The translations under genes and the position numbers were made by a program. Source: the human T2T-CHM13v2.0 reference genome, Homo sapiens. Taken from it: a DNA stretch of 64,000 nucleotides. The stretch lies in NCBI RefSeq assembly GCF_009914755.1, contig NC_060932.1; one strand, given 5' to 3'. This document shows positions 14,074 to 33,420 of this stretch, piece after piece; positions within the stretch are counted from its first letter, which is position 1; each line of letters opens with the position of its first letter. The notes under the pieces were generated by a model. That model was not told where the DNA came from, did no database searches, and saw nothing but the letters and a program-made list of their open reading frames with translations.

Positions 14074-14691
14074 TTGCCTCCATTACTTAAGTGAAGAAGG
14101 CAGGCTGGTGTCTTCACCTCTGAGCCTGGCATCACAGGAAGCCACTGCGGCACCCAGGTGCAGTCACAGTGCCATTCCCCAAATGTCTGGGGATTGCGTA
14201 TACTATAGTCTGAATAGGACCCCGGAGTGGCCCAGTGCAGTGGCCCTGGTCTCAGTCATTAAATGCTAAGACGCAAGCTTCGAGACCGAGTCAGTGATTC
14301 AGCCCTTCCCACCCCACCCGGCCCCACTCTTCCTCTTCTAGAGGAAAGCGTTTCCAGTCAGCTTATGTTAGATGCTAACAGACCGGGCCTGTGCCTTCAG
14401 ATGTGGATTTCACCCTCATGGCAGCCTGTGAGAGAAGCCCTATTATCAGCATCCCAGCAGTTACAAGTGGTGGGAGAGGAAGTGGATGATTTCCTCAAGA
14501 GAGAATGCAAAGTACAGAAAGAGCCTGCTCTTTTCATTTAAATGAAAATAGCGCTTGGGGGCTCTGAAAATTATATATGCTCATTATAACAAATGGAAAT
14601 GAGACAGAAAAGCACAAAATAACCTGAAATCCCACCGTCAGTGCCAGCCGTGGTTAACATTGTGATGAATGTCCTTCCAGCCACCTCTCTC

Positions 14692-14694
<3 letters not shown>

Positions 14695-14738
<44 letters not shown>

Positions 14739-14740
14739 AC
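14695..14740. repeat. (CA)n microsatellite
   Basis: About 19 perfect AC units plus an interrupted tail. Confidence 0.97.
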
Positions 14741-14843
14741 AATCAGCTTTACATAGAAGAGTCATATTGTACACGTTGCTTCTTTTTTACTCTACAAGAT
14801 GTAAAGTAAGCATCTTTCCATTTCAATATGGATTTACTTGATG

Positions 14844-15128
<285 letters not shown>

Positions 15129-15944
15129 TAGTGGTCCCCTGTCTGTAAGTGCACGGGGGGATTTCAGCAGGCCTTTCTAATCTCACACTCTCATCATCAC
15201 AATACCTAGAATCAGATGTGAAGCACAAATCTGTTGGCTCAATACCAAGATGTACTTCTTTAATTTCTTTTCTACAATCACTCATTCATGGCCGGTCCCC
15301 TTTGTTCCCCCCGCCCCCCGCCTCTTTGGTTGTCCCGCCACCAAGCCTTTCAGTCCTTCACTCATACTGGGGAAGGCCTCCCTGGCTAGTGCATGCCCTT
15401 TCTTATCCAGAGGGCAGCAGCACATTCAAATCATGAACAAGTCCCATCACACAAAATGTCAAGATGCCTGCTCACTGGAAGGCACTGGTGCATGACACCC
15501 TTTACTGAGGTGAGAGGTGACTGTACCTTATCTTTTTTCCCCTGATGTAAGGGACTGCGCCAAGTCAGATCCCTGCACCAGCTGCAGACACTCGTCATCT
15601 TGTCTGCAAGGCTAGAAAATGTGACCACCAGGGAGACTTGATGGTACCTGCTGTCAACATCAGGGCAGGCAGCAGAGGGGCTCTCAGTGCTTGGACTGCC
15701 CAAGAAAGAATGGCGGATCGTCCAGATGCCTGGGGACCAGTCTTGCTTCTGCCTCTGTCCAGCTCTGCAGGGACAGGGAATGGGTCACCACATGTCTAGG
15801 GTGCTGAGGCAGCAAGCAAAGGATCACCTGCATCTACTGAAGGAAGGAAAGTACAGGAACATTTTGGCAAGAGGAAGAAAGGGAAGTAATGCGCTGAGCA
15901 GTCATGCCTGGTATTGCCCCATGATGGTCCTCGGAGGGAGGAAT

Positions 15945-16341
<397 letters not shown>

Positions 16342-16811
16342 AATTGACATTTGCAAACTTGCAAAGATTCATACTTACGAGCAGTGGTTCCTCTAGAATT
16401 TCTAAAACAAAGTTTCTGGCTGGCAGTTGGGTTGGAGAAGGGTTTATCTTGAAGCTACGTGGCCTGGCAGACATTGTTTGCCCCCATCACCTGCTCCAAG
16501 CCACTTCTTGGCACAACAACTGCCAATGGGCTCTTGAAAGACCTCTTAATTAAAATACACAGACAACAGATACATCCAAATAAAAAACTGGTGAATAGGG
16601 ACAATATGGAAAGAATGAACTAGTAGCAAGAAATCAATCTGCTTAAATAGAAAACTGGAACTAAGTAACTCTGGGAGTGACTGTTACAGAAAAAAATGGA
16701 AGTTTCTGGGTTAAAATGGAGGATGGAACACGCACATCTAGTATTGCTTCCACCTGGAGCTAGATGTGTGCATTCCATCCTCCCTTTTAACTAATGTTAA
16801 AGAGAGATGAG

Positions 16812-17100
16812 GGCCTAGCACAGTGACTCACGGTGACTCCCCACACTTGGGGAAGCCAGAGTGGGAGAATTGCTTGAGCCCAGGAGTTTGAGACCAGCCT
16901 GGGCAACATAGCAAGACCCTATCTCTACAAAAAATTTTTAAAAATCAGCCAGGTGTGAACCCTGATGGCACACACCTGTAGTCCCAGTGATTTGGGAGAG
17001 GTTGAGGCAGGGGGACCACTGGAGCCCAGAAGTTTGAGGCTACAGTGAGCTATGACTGAGCTGCTGCATTCCAACCTGGGTGATAAAGTGAGACCTGTCA

Positions 17101-17135
<35 letters not shown>
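16812..17135 (+). mobile_element. AluJ with 34-nt poly(A)
   Basis: Diverged dimer; A-run 17102-17135. Confidence 0.92.
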
Positions 17136-17137
<2 letters not shown>

Positions 17138-18323
17138 CTAAGTTTGCCTGATGCTTACAGATATGGAAAAAGAGACAAGTGAGCCACGCAGGAGAGGAAG
17201 CCAGAATGGGCTGTCTAGGGTTTGTCCAAAAGGGCTTCATAGAGGGGCAGAGAGGTCCCAGCCAAGAGGTCCCAGTACAGAGAAACTGAAAGTCCCCTCT
17301 CACCCCACATCCCTAGGGCCGCAGAGGAGTAAGTGGCCAAGACTACAGATGGGAGCAGCCTCTTTCCGCACTCAACCCTGTGGGGACCCAGAGGACACAG
17401 AGCCAGTGTAGGCTTATAAGGCCCCTGCCTCCCTTATTTCACCTCTGTCCCCAGCACCCCAGCCCTTCCTCCTCCAGGAAATGGGGAGGAAGTGCTGGCG
17501 CCCCTGTGGCAGGTCCTCCCTGGAAGAATGGAAGTCCCACCCTGGAAACGTGGATGTCATATGGCATAGGCCGTTCTCATTGTTGAACTGAGATCGTGTT
17601 GAGAGGCTCAGAGAGAAGGAAGGACACCTGTTACCTAAGACAAATCATAAAGGTCAGGGGAGGCTGAGGTTTTCATCCCAGGGCTGGGGAAACAAAATAA
17701 TAGTTGACCTTTGAGAACCTCCCATCAGCTGGGCTTGTTCAAATAACAGCAACATTCTGATTGTGTTCCCAGCTCAGTCTGTTCAACTAGCAGGCACATG
17801 GACAACACTGGATTTCCATTTTAAATTGAAAAAAAAAATTAACTATCACTTTTGTTTTAATAAGTTATTACCCCCTTTGAAAAGAGACACTTTTTCTTCT
17901 GTACCAAGATGTCGGCGGCACAGGTGGAGTTTGACCTTTCTCTGGAACTAGAGGATTTAGCCTTGAATTTTTTGCCTGGGATTTTTTACAGGGTGAGGCC
18001 ACTTTCAGCCACAGGAGAGTTTATAGTGAAATGAAACCCATAGTGTCAGTACTTTGGGGTTAAGATTAGAGATCCTTTCTGTATTTGGAGTTTAAAGTGT
18101 CACTTTTCAGAGAATTTGACATTTCAGATTATTTGACAGATCAGCTGTGATTCCAATTTAAAACAGGCATTGATTTTTAGACTTAGGATTTTAAATGGAA
18201 AGATGTGCCAGAATTTGAATAAATTTGTAAACAATGCTGGAATATTTAAGAAATCTTGAGATTTGCTATATTTAAATTTTTAATGTGTTATTAGATTTAT
18301 AAGACTTTTGAAAAGTTACTTGG

Positions 18324-18630
<307 letters not shown>

Positions 18631-18775
18631 TTACTTGGAAGGGTTTTTGCTTGCTGAAGTCATAAATTGCCCAGTCAGGCACTTAAAGTACATAAAAAGA
18701 AAATAAAGATATTGAATTTATATAAATTTATTAATGTGGTTTTAAATCATTTAAGAAAATTTTATTTTTAAAAGC

Positions 18776-19203
<428 letters not shown>

Positions 19204-19554
19204 TGAAATCTCACTTAATCCTCTTGTCACTCATGGGCTCTAAAAGTTGCACAGCAAGTTCAGCCACATTCTATAACTGTGTGAGCTGGTTCATTGACTC
19301 TATTCATTTATCACCAAGAATCCACAATAGCAGGGAAATCTACAGAACACTAGTGGAGCCCACTCAGTCAGGAGAATCCAGGAAGCCTCCTAGGGGAAGG
19401 GCTGTGAGGGATGAGTGGGAGTGGAGCAGGGGAGCAGACATGGAAAGAGAATTCCAGGCTGAGTAGCGGGGAGGACCCAGCCTGGGAAGTTGTCTCAACA
19501 TGAGGTTGGAAAGACCAGTTCTAGAAAGAAATAGGCTAAATAAGAGTGAAGGCA

Positions 19555-19849
<295 letters not shown>

Positions 19850-20220
19850 GAGTGAAGGCAAGAGAACATCTGAGAACTCAGTACTGGGATTCAAACTATA
19901 GCAGCAAGTGGACTGGAAGGGTGGGGGAGTGGGGAACAGCAACAAACGCAGCATCCTTTAAACAAAGATAGTATCCCACAGTGACACAGTGGCATAAAGT
20001 GGTAGGGTCCTGGGACTCTCCTCCTGTGAACTGCCCCAGGCCTGGGGACCTCAGCTGTTCTTGTGTTCCCAGAGCCTGGCACCCAGAAGGTGTTCCATAA
20101 ATCTTTGCTGGAAGAATGACAAGACGGGAAGGATGGGAAGAAAATGTCTAAGATGGGGGAACTATTGGAATGAAGCTGAGAGACATTGACTCAGCACATA
20201 CTGTGGTCCAGCTGATGTTG

Positions 20221-20544
20221 TTTTCTTTTTCTTTTTCTTTTTCTTTTTCTTTTTTTTGAGACAGAGTCTTGCACTGTCACCTGGGCTGGAGTGCAATGGC
20301 GCAATCTCGGCTCACTGCAACCTCCACTTCTGCCTCCTGGGTTCATGTGATTCTCCTGCCTCAGCCTCCTGAGTAGCTGGGATTACAGGCGCACACCACC
20401 ACACCTGGCTAATTTTTTGTATTTTTAGTAGAGATGGGGTTTCACTATGTTGGCCAGACTGGTCTTGAACTTCTGACCTCGTGATCCGCCCGCCTCGGCC
20501 TCCCAAAGTGCCGGGATTACAGGCGTGAGCCGCCGCGCCTGGCC
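20221..20544 (-). mobile_element. AluS
   Basis: Full reverse dimer; TSD tgttgttttctt. Confidence 0.94.
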
Positions 20545-21207
20545 TGTTGTTTTCTTGTGTGTTGTTTCTCTTTATGATTTATCCTGCCCAACACAAAAGT
20601 AAGCAAAGCAGCTTCATATTGTCTAACTTGCTTTTAATATTTTACTTGAAATGTCATAACTAGAAAGTTTTCTGTGCTTTAAAATGTCAACATCGACCTC
20701 CTGCTTCACCCTCCAGGTCTTGTTCCCAGTGCTAATTCTCCTGGGCCCCTTTGCCCAGGGCTGTGACGGCGCCTCCCTCCCTTCCGCTTGTATAACATTA
20801 CGCAGTCCAGCCTCCCTCCTCCTCCCCGCTTCCCACATGGACACAATCCACTCTGAGTTGTGAATCTATTCGTGACAACCGTATCCCCTCTGCATGGGCA
20901 CCAGTCACCCATTTCCACTTGCGCTGTTGACATTTCTGCTGTCATGTCCCACTGTTGCCTCAAAGTCATCTAAAATTAAACTCCGCTCCCTCCATCCCCA
21001 CAAAACCACTGCCCTTCTTGACTTGGACCTCTGTTAATGGCTTCAGCATCCTCCCAACCACCCAAACTCCAAGCTTTTAGTCACTCTGGACTTTGCTCCC
21101 TTCCTCACCCTGCATATGTAGCTAATTACTAAACTCTTTCCTCAATTTTTCTCTAATATTCATCTGAGTTTTCACTGCCTTGATCACTGTGACGCACAAT
21201 AGTCCTA

Positions 21208-21450
21208 ATATTTAGAGGTACATAGTGATGTTTCCTTACGTACAATGTAAGTGATCAGATTAGGGTAATTAGCATATCCATCATCCCAAACATCTATCAT
21301 TTCTTTGTGTTGGGAGCATTGACTATCTAGCTACTTGAAACTATATATTATAGTTAACTAAGTCATCCCACAGTGCTACAGAACACTATGACACTCCTCC
21401 TATCTAGCTGGATTCTGTATGCTTTAACAAATCTCTCCCTGCTCCTCCTA
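21208..21450 (-). mobile_element. L1MA 3' end fragment
   Basis: gtgatcagattagggtaattagcatatccatcatc...catttctttgtgttggga. Confidence 0.75.
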
Positions 21451-21595
21451 ACTGATCTGTCTGCCTCTATTTTCTCCCTCCTTTAATCCGACTTGTCAGA
21501 TTAACCTTCCTGTAACAATCATAAAAGCAACAACAGCTAGCATTTATCAAACACTTAGTACGAGCCAGGCACTGTTCTAAGATCTCTACCTGTAG

Positions 21596-21955
<360 letters not shown>

Positions 21956-24254
21956 TAGATGAGAAAACGTGAGGTACAGAGAGGTTAAGTAGCTTGCTCA
22001 ACAACACACAGCTAGGATGTGGCATCAGAGGATGACCCAGGAGGTCCCCATTGCCTACAAAATGAACTGCATCCTCCCATGTCCCCACCTCCCTCTCTCT
22101 GCTCAGCTACACTGACGTCAGCAAGATGCCCAGTGCATGCCTCTTCTGTGCCCCAAAACACAACTCAGTTACCCCCTTCCCACCTCCCTTCCGGGGCCAT
22201 CTGAGCTCACCATGGTCCTGCGAGCATTGCCGATGCTACTCCTTAGTGCTGCAGTGGGGCAGAGTGGTACCTTTTTTTGGGGGGGGTGTATGTGCTGACG
22301 TAGGACATGGACTTGATGGGACTATTTTGGAATGGAAAACGTTTTAAGGTGGCAGGATCCAAACAGTCATATCAAAATGTAAATGCACTATTGCCTTTTA
22401 GGTTTTATTTTATGTTTAATTGGCACAAAATATCCATAAAAGACTTCCTTAACCCTCACCCTATCCCTCAACTGCCCTCAGCCCCGCAAATACTCAGGGG
22501 ATAGATGAGGGGTCTGTGTTGCACATCACTTGATCTTTTATCTATTCTGATTTTTCACTAGGATATGCATCCACGTGGGACAAAATTCTGAAGGGACAAA
22601 GGATATATCATGAAAAATAAGTCGCCTTTATACCCCATCCCCTGCCACCCTGCCCCTCCCAAAGACAGCCACTCATCTTTTCGGAGAGTACATATCCAGT
22701 GAATGTCAAGCATATCAATACAGATGCCTGATACTTTTAAAGATGAAAGTACACTCATGGGTTTTCTGACATTATGATGATCAAGACACAAATATTAAAA
22801 ATTATCCTGATGTCAACATGGCAGCATTGACGTGTCCTGCACCTCCCCACCAGCTCTTTGTAAAAGGGACAAGGTCTTACACACCCCGTGCCTCTGCTCT
22901 CCAATCCCTTCATGCCCCCCCGGGCCCAGTGCTGGTCCAGGGTCTGGGCTCAGAGCAGACACTCAATGATACGATTTGAAGGAAGCTCAGACAAAACCCT
23001 GGTCTAGAGCGAGGGCAGGAACCAAGTGAGTGGTGGAGAGGGAAGAGATGAGAGTAGAGAGGGGAGAGATGGAGTGAGCCCAGGAGGGAAAAGTGGAAGC
23101 GATGGGGAAGAGGGAATGGCAATGCTTACCTGGCACTCTCCTCCCCTATCCACCAAGGCACTGATCAGCCCTCGACAGCCCACTGTGGGAAAGTCCCCAA
23201 GCCACCTGCTGCTGGGGGACCCATTCATCCAAGCCCGACCACCCGAGGCCAGGAGACTGCAGCTTAGCCCACCTTTCCCGTGGTTTATTCACTTTACAGA
23301 ATTAGACTCAGCTCGACTTACCAGGCCCCCATCTCTAACCGTCCTTACCATCCCTGAGAGAAAATTGCTTCTCTGATGACTCACAGGGAAGGAGCCATAA
23401 AGCACTGAATCACCGATGCCCTCTCCTACCCAGCTCAGTAGTTTCTGCTTTGTGTTTTCCTTTCCAGACAATTTCGGATCTGTTTCTCTGGCCATGGCCC
23501 CATAGGATGGCTGCTGGCTGAACCGAAGTTGGCAGTAACCTTTTCCCCAACTCGTTGTTTACCTGAGACTGGCTGTCACTGATAAATGCCTTGCCTCGCC
23601 TGGCTACTAACCACGGTGAAAAAGAAAAGAAAATCAGATTAACAAGAGAACAGATCTGTGCTTGGCTGAAGCCCACACTGTTTCCAAATGATAAGAAGTT
23701 CATGCCCCTGACTGAGGCTGTGAGGAAACCTTTCTCTAATGGGTTTTGAAAATTGTTTAAGAATAATTTTGAACGGTGTGACCTTCAAAAGGCTCCCACA
23801 AAGGGAAAATGCAACACTCCTTTAAGACATATGAATGTTTTTGTCTAAAAAAAAAATGTCCAGCAATTGACATAAAAAAAAAAAGAAATTGAAACTAGAG
23901 ACAGACCTTACACCCGTCACAAAAATTAACTCAAAATAGATCACAGACTTAAATGTAAAACATAACTGTAAATCTCCTAGAAGATAACACAGGAGAACAT
24001 TTCGATGACTGAGTATGGCAATAACTTTTTAGATACAACACCAAAGACAAAGATCCATGAAAGAACCCACTGATTAACTGAACTTGATTAAAAATAAACT
24101 TGAGCTCTGTGAAAGACACTATCAAGAGAGTAAGAAGAAAAGTCACAGACTGGAAGAAAATATTGCAAAAGACATATCTGATAAAGGATGCATAATCAAA
24201 ACACAGGAAGAGCTCTTAACACTCAACAATAAGAAAATAAACAACCTGATTTTA

Positions 24255-24561
<307 letters not shown>

Positions 24562-25136
24562 GGGGGCCAAAAACCTAAACAGACACGTCATTAAAGAAGA
24601 GATATAGATGGTAAGCAAGCATGTGGAAAGATGCTCCACATTATGTCTTTAGGGAAATTTACAACCATAAGATATCTACCTATTAGAGTGGCTAAAGTCC
24701 AGGACACTGACAACACCAAATGCTGATGAGGATGTGGAGCAGCAGGAACTCCCATTCATTGCTGGTGGGAATGCAAAACCAAACATCACTCTGACCATAC
24801 CTCCCCCGCAGTCGTACCCTTGGTATTTACCCAAATGAGATGAAAACTTATGTCCATACAAAAGTCTGCTCATGAATACTTACAGCACCTTTCTTTATTG
24901 TTGCCAAAAACTGGAAGCTACCAAAATGTCCTTCAGTAGGTGAATGGATAAACTGCAGTATATCTGACAGTGGAATATTATTCAGTGCTAAAAAGAAATG
25001 AGCTATCAAGCCATGAGAAGACGTGGAGGAAACTTCAATGCATATTGCTGAGTAGAAGAAGCCAATCTGAAAAGGCTACATAGTATGATTCCAACAATAT
25101 GACATTCTGGAGAAGGCAAAAGTATGGAGACAGTGA

Positions 25137-25507
<371 letters not shown>

Positions 25508-25850
25508 CAGAGGCTTTTTAAGGTAGTGAAACTCCTCTGTATGATACTGCAGTGGTGTACACAGGTCATTATATATTTGTCTAAACTCATAGAATCTGCA
25601 ACACCACGTGTGATCCCTAATGTAAACCATGGACTCTGGTGATAATGTGTCAGTGTAGATTCATCAATTACAGCAAAGCACCACTCTGGTGCGGGATGCT
25701 GATAACGCGGAAGGCTGTCGGGGTGTAGGGGCCGGAGAAACATGGAAACTCACTGTACTTTCTGCTCAATTTGCCTTTGAACCTAAAGCTGCTCTAAAAA
25801 ATGAAATCTATTTTAAATATCTTAAGGGAAAATATTTTAGGAATAAATTA

Positions 25851-26645
<795 letters not shown>

Positions 26646-26885
26646 ATACTCACAGTCATGTAGGGAAAAAAAAAAGATGCCCAGTGGATAAAGGAGTTGG
26701 GAAGGGGAGGGGGCTGATACAGGTGCAGGAGTTGCTGATCAAGATTCCTGTTTGCTTTACCATGTTCAATTAATTTAACAGCAAAATTGCCAGGTTTATA
26801 AGAATGAATGTTCCTGAGCAGTCCTTGGTATTTCCAACAAAACCCCAAATGCACATCCCAGCAATAGATGACTACAGGGCTCCCT

Positions 26886-26912
26886 CAGGCCCAGGCCCAG
26901 GCCCAGGCCCAG
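26886..26912. repeat. (CAGGCC)4.5 hexamer repeat
   Basis: caggcccaggcccaggcccaggcccag, read directly. Confidence 0.9.
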
Positions 26913-27874
26913 TGAAGCCATCCCCCATGCAGACCAGGCCCTGTCTGGACTCTGTCCTTGCCCCTGTTGGAATGTGCATGTGTTCTGTCTCAGCCTTTGA
27001 GACCAAATCATCAACATGCAGCACAGTCAGTGCTTTTTAAAAAATGGGTCATCTCCTTGTATTTTTCCCTTGTTCTTTCCCCATTCTAATAGGCTCCATG
27101 CTTAGTCTCGGGATGTAAACTTTTATCACGAGTTTTTTTTGCTTGAATTAACAAGTGGATTGGCCAGACTGTAAAAGACATCAGGGAGACAGAAGATGAA
27201 ACCCAGAAGCAGTTAGATGCTGAGCCGAAGAAGGCCCCACGCCAGGCCCTTTGGTTGCTCGTGTCTTGATGGCACCCGGGACCAGAGGCTCCCAACTCCA
27301 GCTGCACATTTGAATCACCTGAGCAGCCACACATCTTGACAGAGTCAGGCATGGATTACTCACACATCCAAGGCTAAGTGAAGAGAGCAAGTGCAGCCAT
27401 TAGAGAATGAACAGGGACCTAGCCAGCAAATTGCACAGATCTCTGCATGTGAATAGCTAAAATATGCAGTCAAACATGTGTGTACAAATTTGCATGCATC
27501 TTAGGTATTTATTAGGCATAAAGTATATGAATAATACGCATAGATACATACTCATGGACACACATGTATACAGGAAGAGATCAGAAAAAGGCCTCCAGGG
27601 TATGTACCTTTAGCCAAAATGCAAAACAAAATATTTTCAGTTTTCATCATTATCATATTAATATTAATAAGCAAAATGATTGCAATGTAATGCCAGGTGG
27701 TATTTTTTTTGGATGACAAGTTGTGAACATAACTTTTTGTTCTGTTTCCTTATTGTTGTTACTTACTCTTGTAAAATTATACAGAGTTCCACACTAATAA
27801 TTATCCTGGATTTGTTCTAGACATCTGAATCTGGAATGTAAGCTATAAATATATTTATACTAATTTTGTCTTTT

Positions 27875-28735
27875 TTAAAAAACAGCTTTATTGGGATATA
27901 GTTCAAACACCATACAATTCATCCATTTAAAGCACACAATTCAATGGTTTTCAGTATCTTCACAGGCTTGTGCAACCATCACCACAAGTTTTAAAATTTT
28001 TCACCTCCACAAACAAAAACCCCATACCCTTTAGCCATGACCCCCTTATCCCTGCCAGCCCTAAGCAGTCACTAATCTACTTTCTGTCTCTATAGACTTG
28101 AATGTCCTGGACATTTCATATAATGGAATCATACAATATATGGTCTTTTATCATTGGCTTCTTTCACTCAGCATGTTTCTGAGGCTCATCCACCTTTGTA
28201 GCATGTACCAGTACTTCATTCCTTTTTAAAGCTGAATAATATTCCCCTCTAGGAATATACCACATTGTTTACACATTTATATTTTGATGGACACTTGAGT
28301 TGTTTTACCTTTTGGCTATCGTGAATAATGCCACAATGAATATTGCTGTACAAGTATCTGTTAGAATCTATGTTTTCAATTCTTTGAAGTATGTACCTAT
28401 AAGTTAAATTGCTAGGTTCTCTGGTAACTCTATGCTTAGCTTTCTGGGGAACCACCAAACTGTTTTCCACAGTGGCTGCACTATTTTACATTCCTACCAG
28501 AAATGGGTTCCATTTCTCCACATCCTCACTAATACATGTTAATGTCCTTCATTATTATGATGTTTATTATAGCCACCTTAGTATAAACTGGTATCTCATT
28601 TTGATTTTGATCTGTATTTCCCTGATGTCTAATGATGTTGAGCATCTTTTCACATGCTTGTTGGCTTCTTTGGGAAAATGCCTCTTCAAGTTCTTTGCCT
28701 ATTTTTTAATTGAGTTGCTTGTGGTTTAGTCCATT
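27875..28735 (-). mobile_element. L1MB-type 3' fragment
   Basis: cagctttattgggatatagttc...cataatggaatcatacaatatatggtc...gatgttgagcatcttttcacatgcttgttggc. Confidence 0.85.
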
Positions 28736-28948
28736 TTTTCTTAATGGTTATTGGTTTTAGTCCAATTGGCCACATCAGGTAGTAAGACCCAGAGGTTCCT
28801 TAAATTTTATGTCCCCCACTACAGTGACTTCGGGAAGAAGACACGTCTATTTTGGACTATGCTGCTGCCTTGCATTGCTCTGTTGTCCTTAACTACAAGT
28901 TCTGTCATTCTTATGTCATTTGAAGACTCACAGTAAAGACTGAGATTC

Positions 28949-31700
<2,752 letters not shown>

Positions 31701-31701
31701 A

Positions 31702-31920
31702 AGAACAGACTCCAGGTAGCCACTGGTCCAAGGAAGATGAAAATACACATGGAGCAGAACTGATTCCAACTGACAGTCCAGAGCCCAGTTCAACACCTGC
31801 AGGCCTGAAGCACAGCTACCCAAGCTGATTCACAGACCCAGGAGGGAGAAAAAGTAATGTTTGATGTTATATACCACTGAGATTCTGGGTTTGTTATGAA
31901 GAAATAGCCAACTAAAAACA
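31702..31920 (+). mobile_element. MLT1-type LTR 3' fragment (probably L1-transduced)
   Basis: ccactgagattctgggtttgttatg...aatagccaactaaaaaca, typical MLT1 3' terminus. Confidence 0.65.
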
Positions 31921-32911
31921 TTCTTCACTTAAAAAAAAAGACTGAGATTCACTCTGGGTACCACTGTCAGACATCTAGTCAAAGCATCATCATGTCTTGA
32001 ATAGAGTTTGATGCAAGGAGAATTGTTATTTTTGTGACTTAAATCCTTCCCTTTCAATAAAGCAATGGACAGTGGCCATCTTTGCATAATACAACTATGA
32101 ATACTTTCTCTTCCTACTGTTCGAATGTTCCAGCTTTAAAGACTGTATATTACTTTCATAATGTAAAACCTTTTTTCTAATAAAAGAGACATTTTACTGC
32201 CATGAATAATTACAACTTCTCAGTTCAATTTCTCTAAATATTGGTTCAGCAGCAACCAGCCATCTTGCCTGCAGGATAGCTCACCTCATCAAAAAGTCAA
32301 AGAAATTGAGGGCTCAAATTGTTCTCTTTCATCCATCACTGGGCTGGATTCAGAGGGGCAAAAATGCTACCAGCATTTACTCCGTCAACTTTCACCAAAC
32401 TGAAGGATATTACCTGGGCAGGGTGTAATGCTTTCTTGAGATAAAATCAGCAATTGAACAAAGTGGAATCTATTCATCTGAAAGCACAGTCATGGGTGCT
32501 AGGTTCTCAGCCTTGATCTGCTCTCAATTGGCTAAGTTGGGAAAATTACTTCCCCCCTCCTGCCTGCATTTGTGTGTAGAATGATGAGATTTGATTAGAA
32601 CCTTACTCTTTCCAGCTTTAGCAATCCACGAACCCCACTTACAGAGGCTAACAGCCCAAGGAAATTACTATTTTGTAGAAAATATCTTTTGTGTGTAGGA
32701 GAGTGGGGGGTGTATGAGGGAGGCAGAACTTATCCCCATGAAACAATCAACACAGGCACAAACATGTGGGCTAGGATGTTCTTTGCAGCATTGCTTACAA
32801 TCGTGAAATACAGAAACAATGTGATTTTCCAACAGTAGGGGAAGGATTATACAAATTATGGCATAATCAAAGGATGTAATGTTTCGTAGTCATTTAAAAT
32901 TATGCAGATCT

Positions 32912-33175
32912 GGCCAGGCGCAGTGGCTCATGCCTGGAATCCCGGCACTGTGGGAGGTCAAAGCAGGAGGATTGCTTGAGCCCAAACTCATCTCTGCAAA
33001 AAATACAAAAATCAGCCCGACATGATGACATGCACCTGCAGTCCCAGCTACTTGGGAGGCTGAGGCAGGAGAATCCCTTGAGCCCAGGAATTCGAGGCTA
33101 CAGTGAGCCATGATCATGACGCCACTGCACTCCAGGCTGGGCAACAGAATGAGACCCTGTCTCAAAAAAAAAAAG
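32912..33175 (+). mobile_element. AluJ with internal deletion
   Basis: Left arm lacks ~35 nt; perfect TSD taaaattatgcagatct. Confidence 0.92.
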
Positions 33176-33420
33176 GGTAAAATTATGCAGATCTATTCCC
33201 ACTGACATAGCTATTAATAACACCTTAAGTGGAACATCTACTTACAAAAATGTTTAAGTGTACGTTTTTGAAATATATATACCTACACATACCTCTTGAA
33301 AGGTTAATAGTGATTCTTTTATGGTGGTGAAATTGCTCTTAAGATTTTTCTTTTGGTTTGTAATTTCTAATTTTCTATAATATACATGCCTTATTTGTAT
33401 AATTCAAACAAATATATAGG

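Noticed and set aside
17900-18320. ccaagATGTCGGCGGC start-like motif followed by AT-rich unique sequence
   Set aside because: The frame closes after ~28 codons and I could not match it to any gene or repeat.
23230-23800. Repeat-free segment with an AP-1 site (TGACTCA 23377)
   Set aside because: A single 7-mer is expected by chance; enhancer status cannot be read from sequence.
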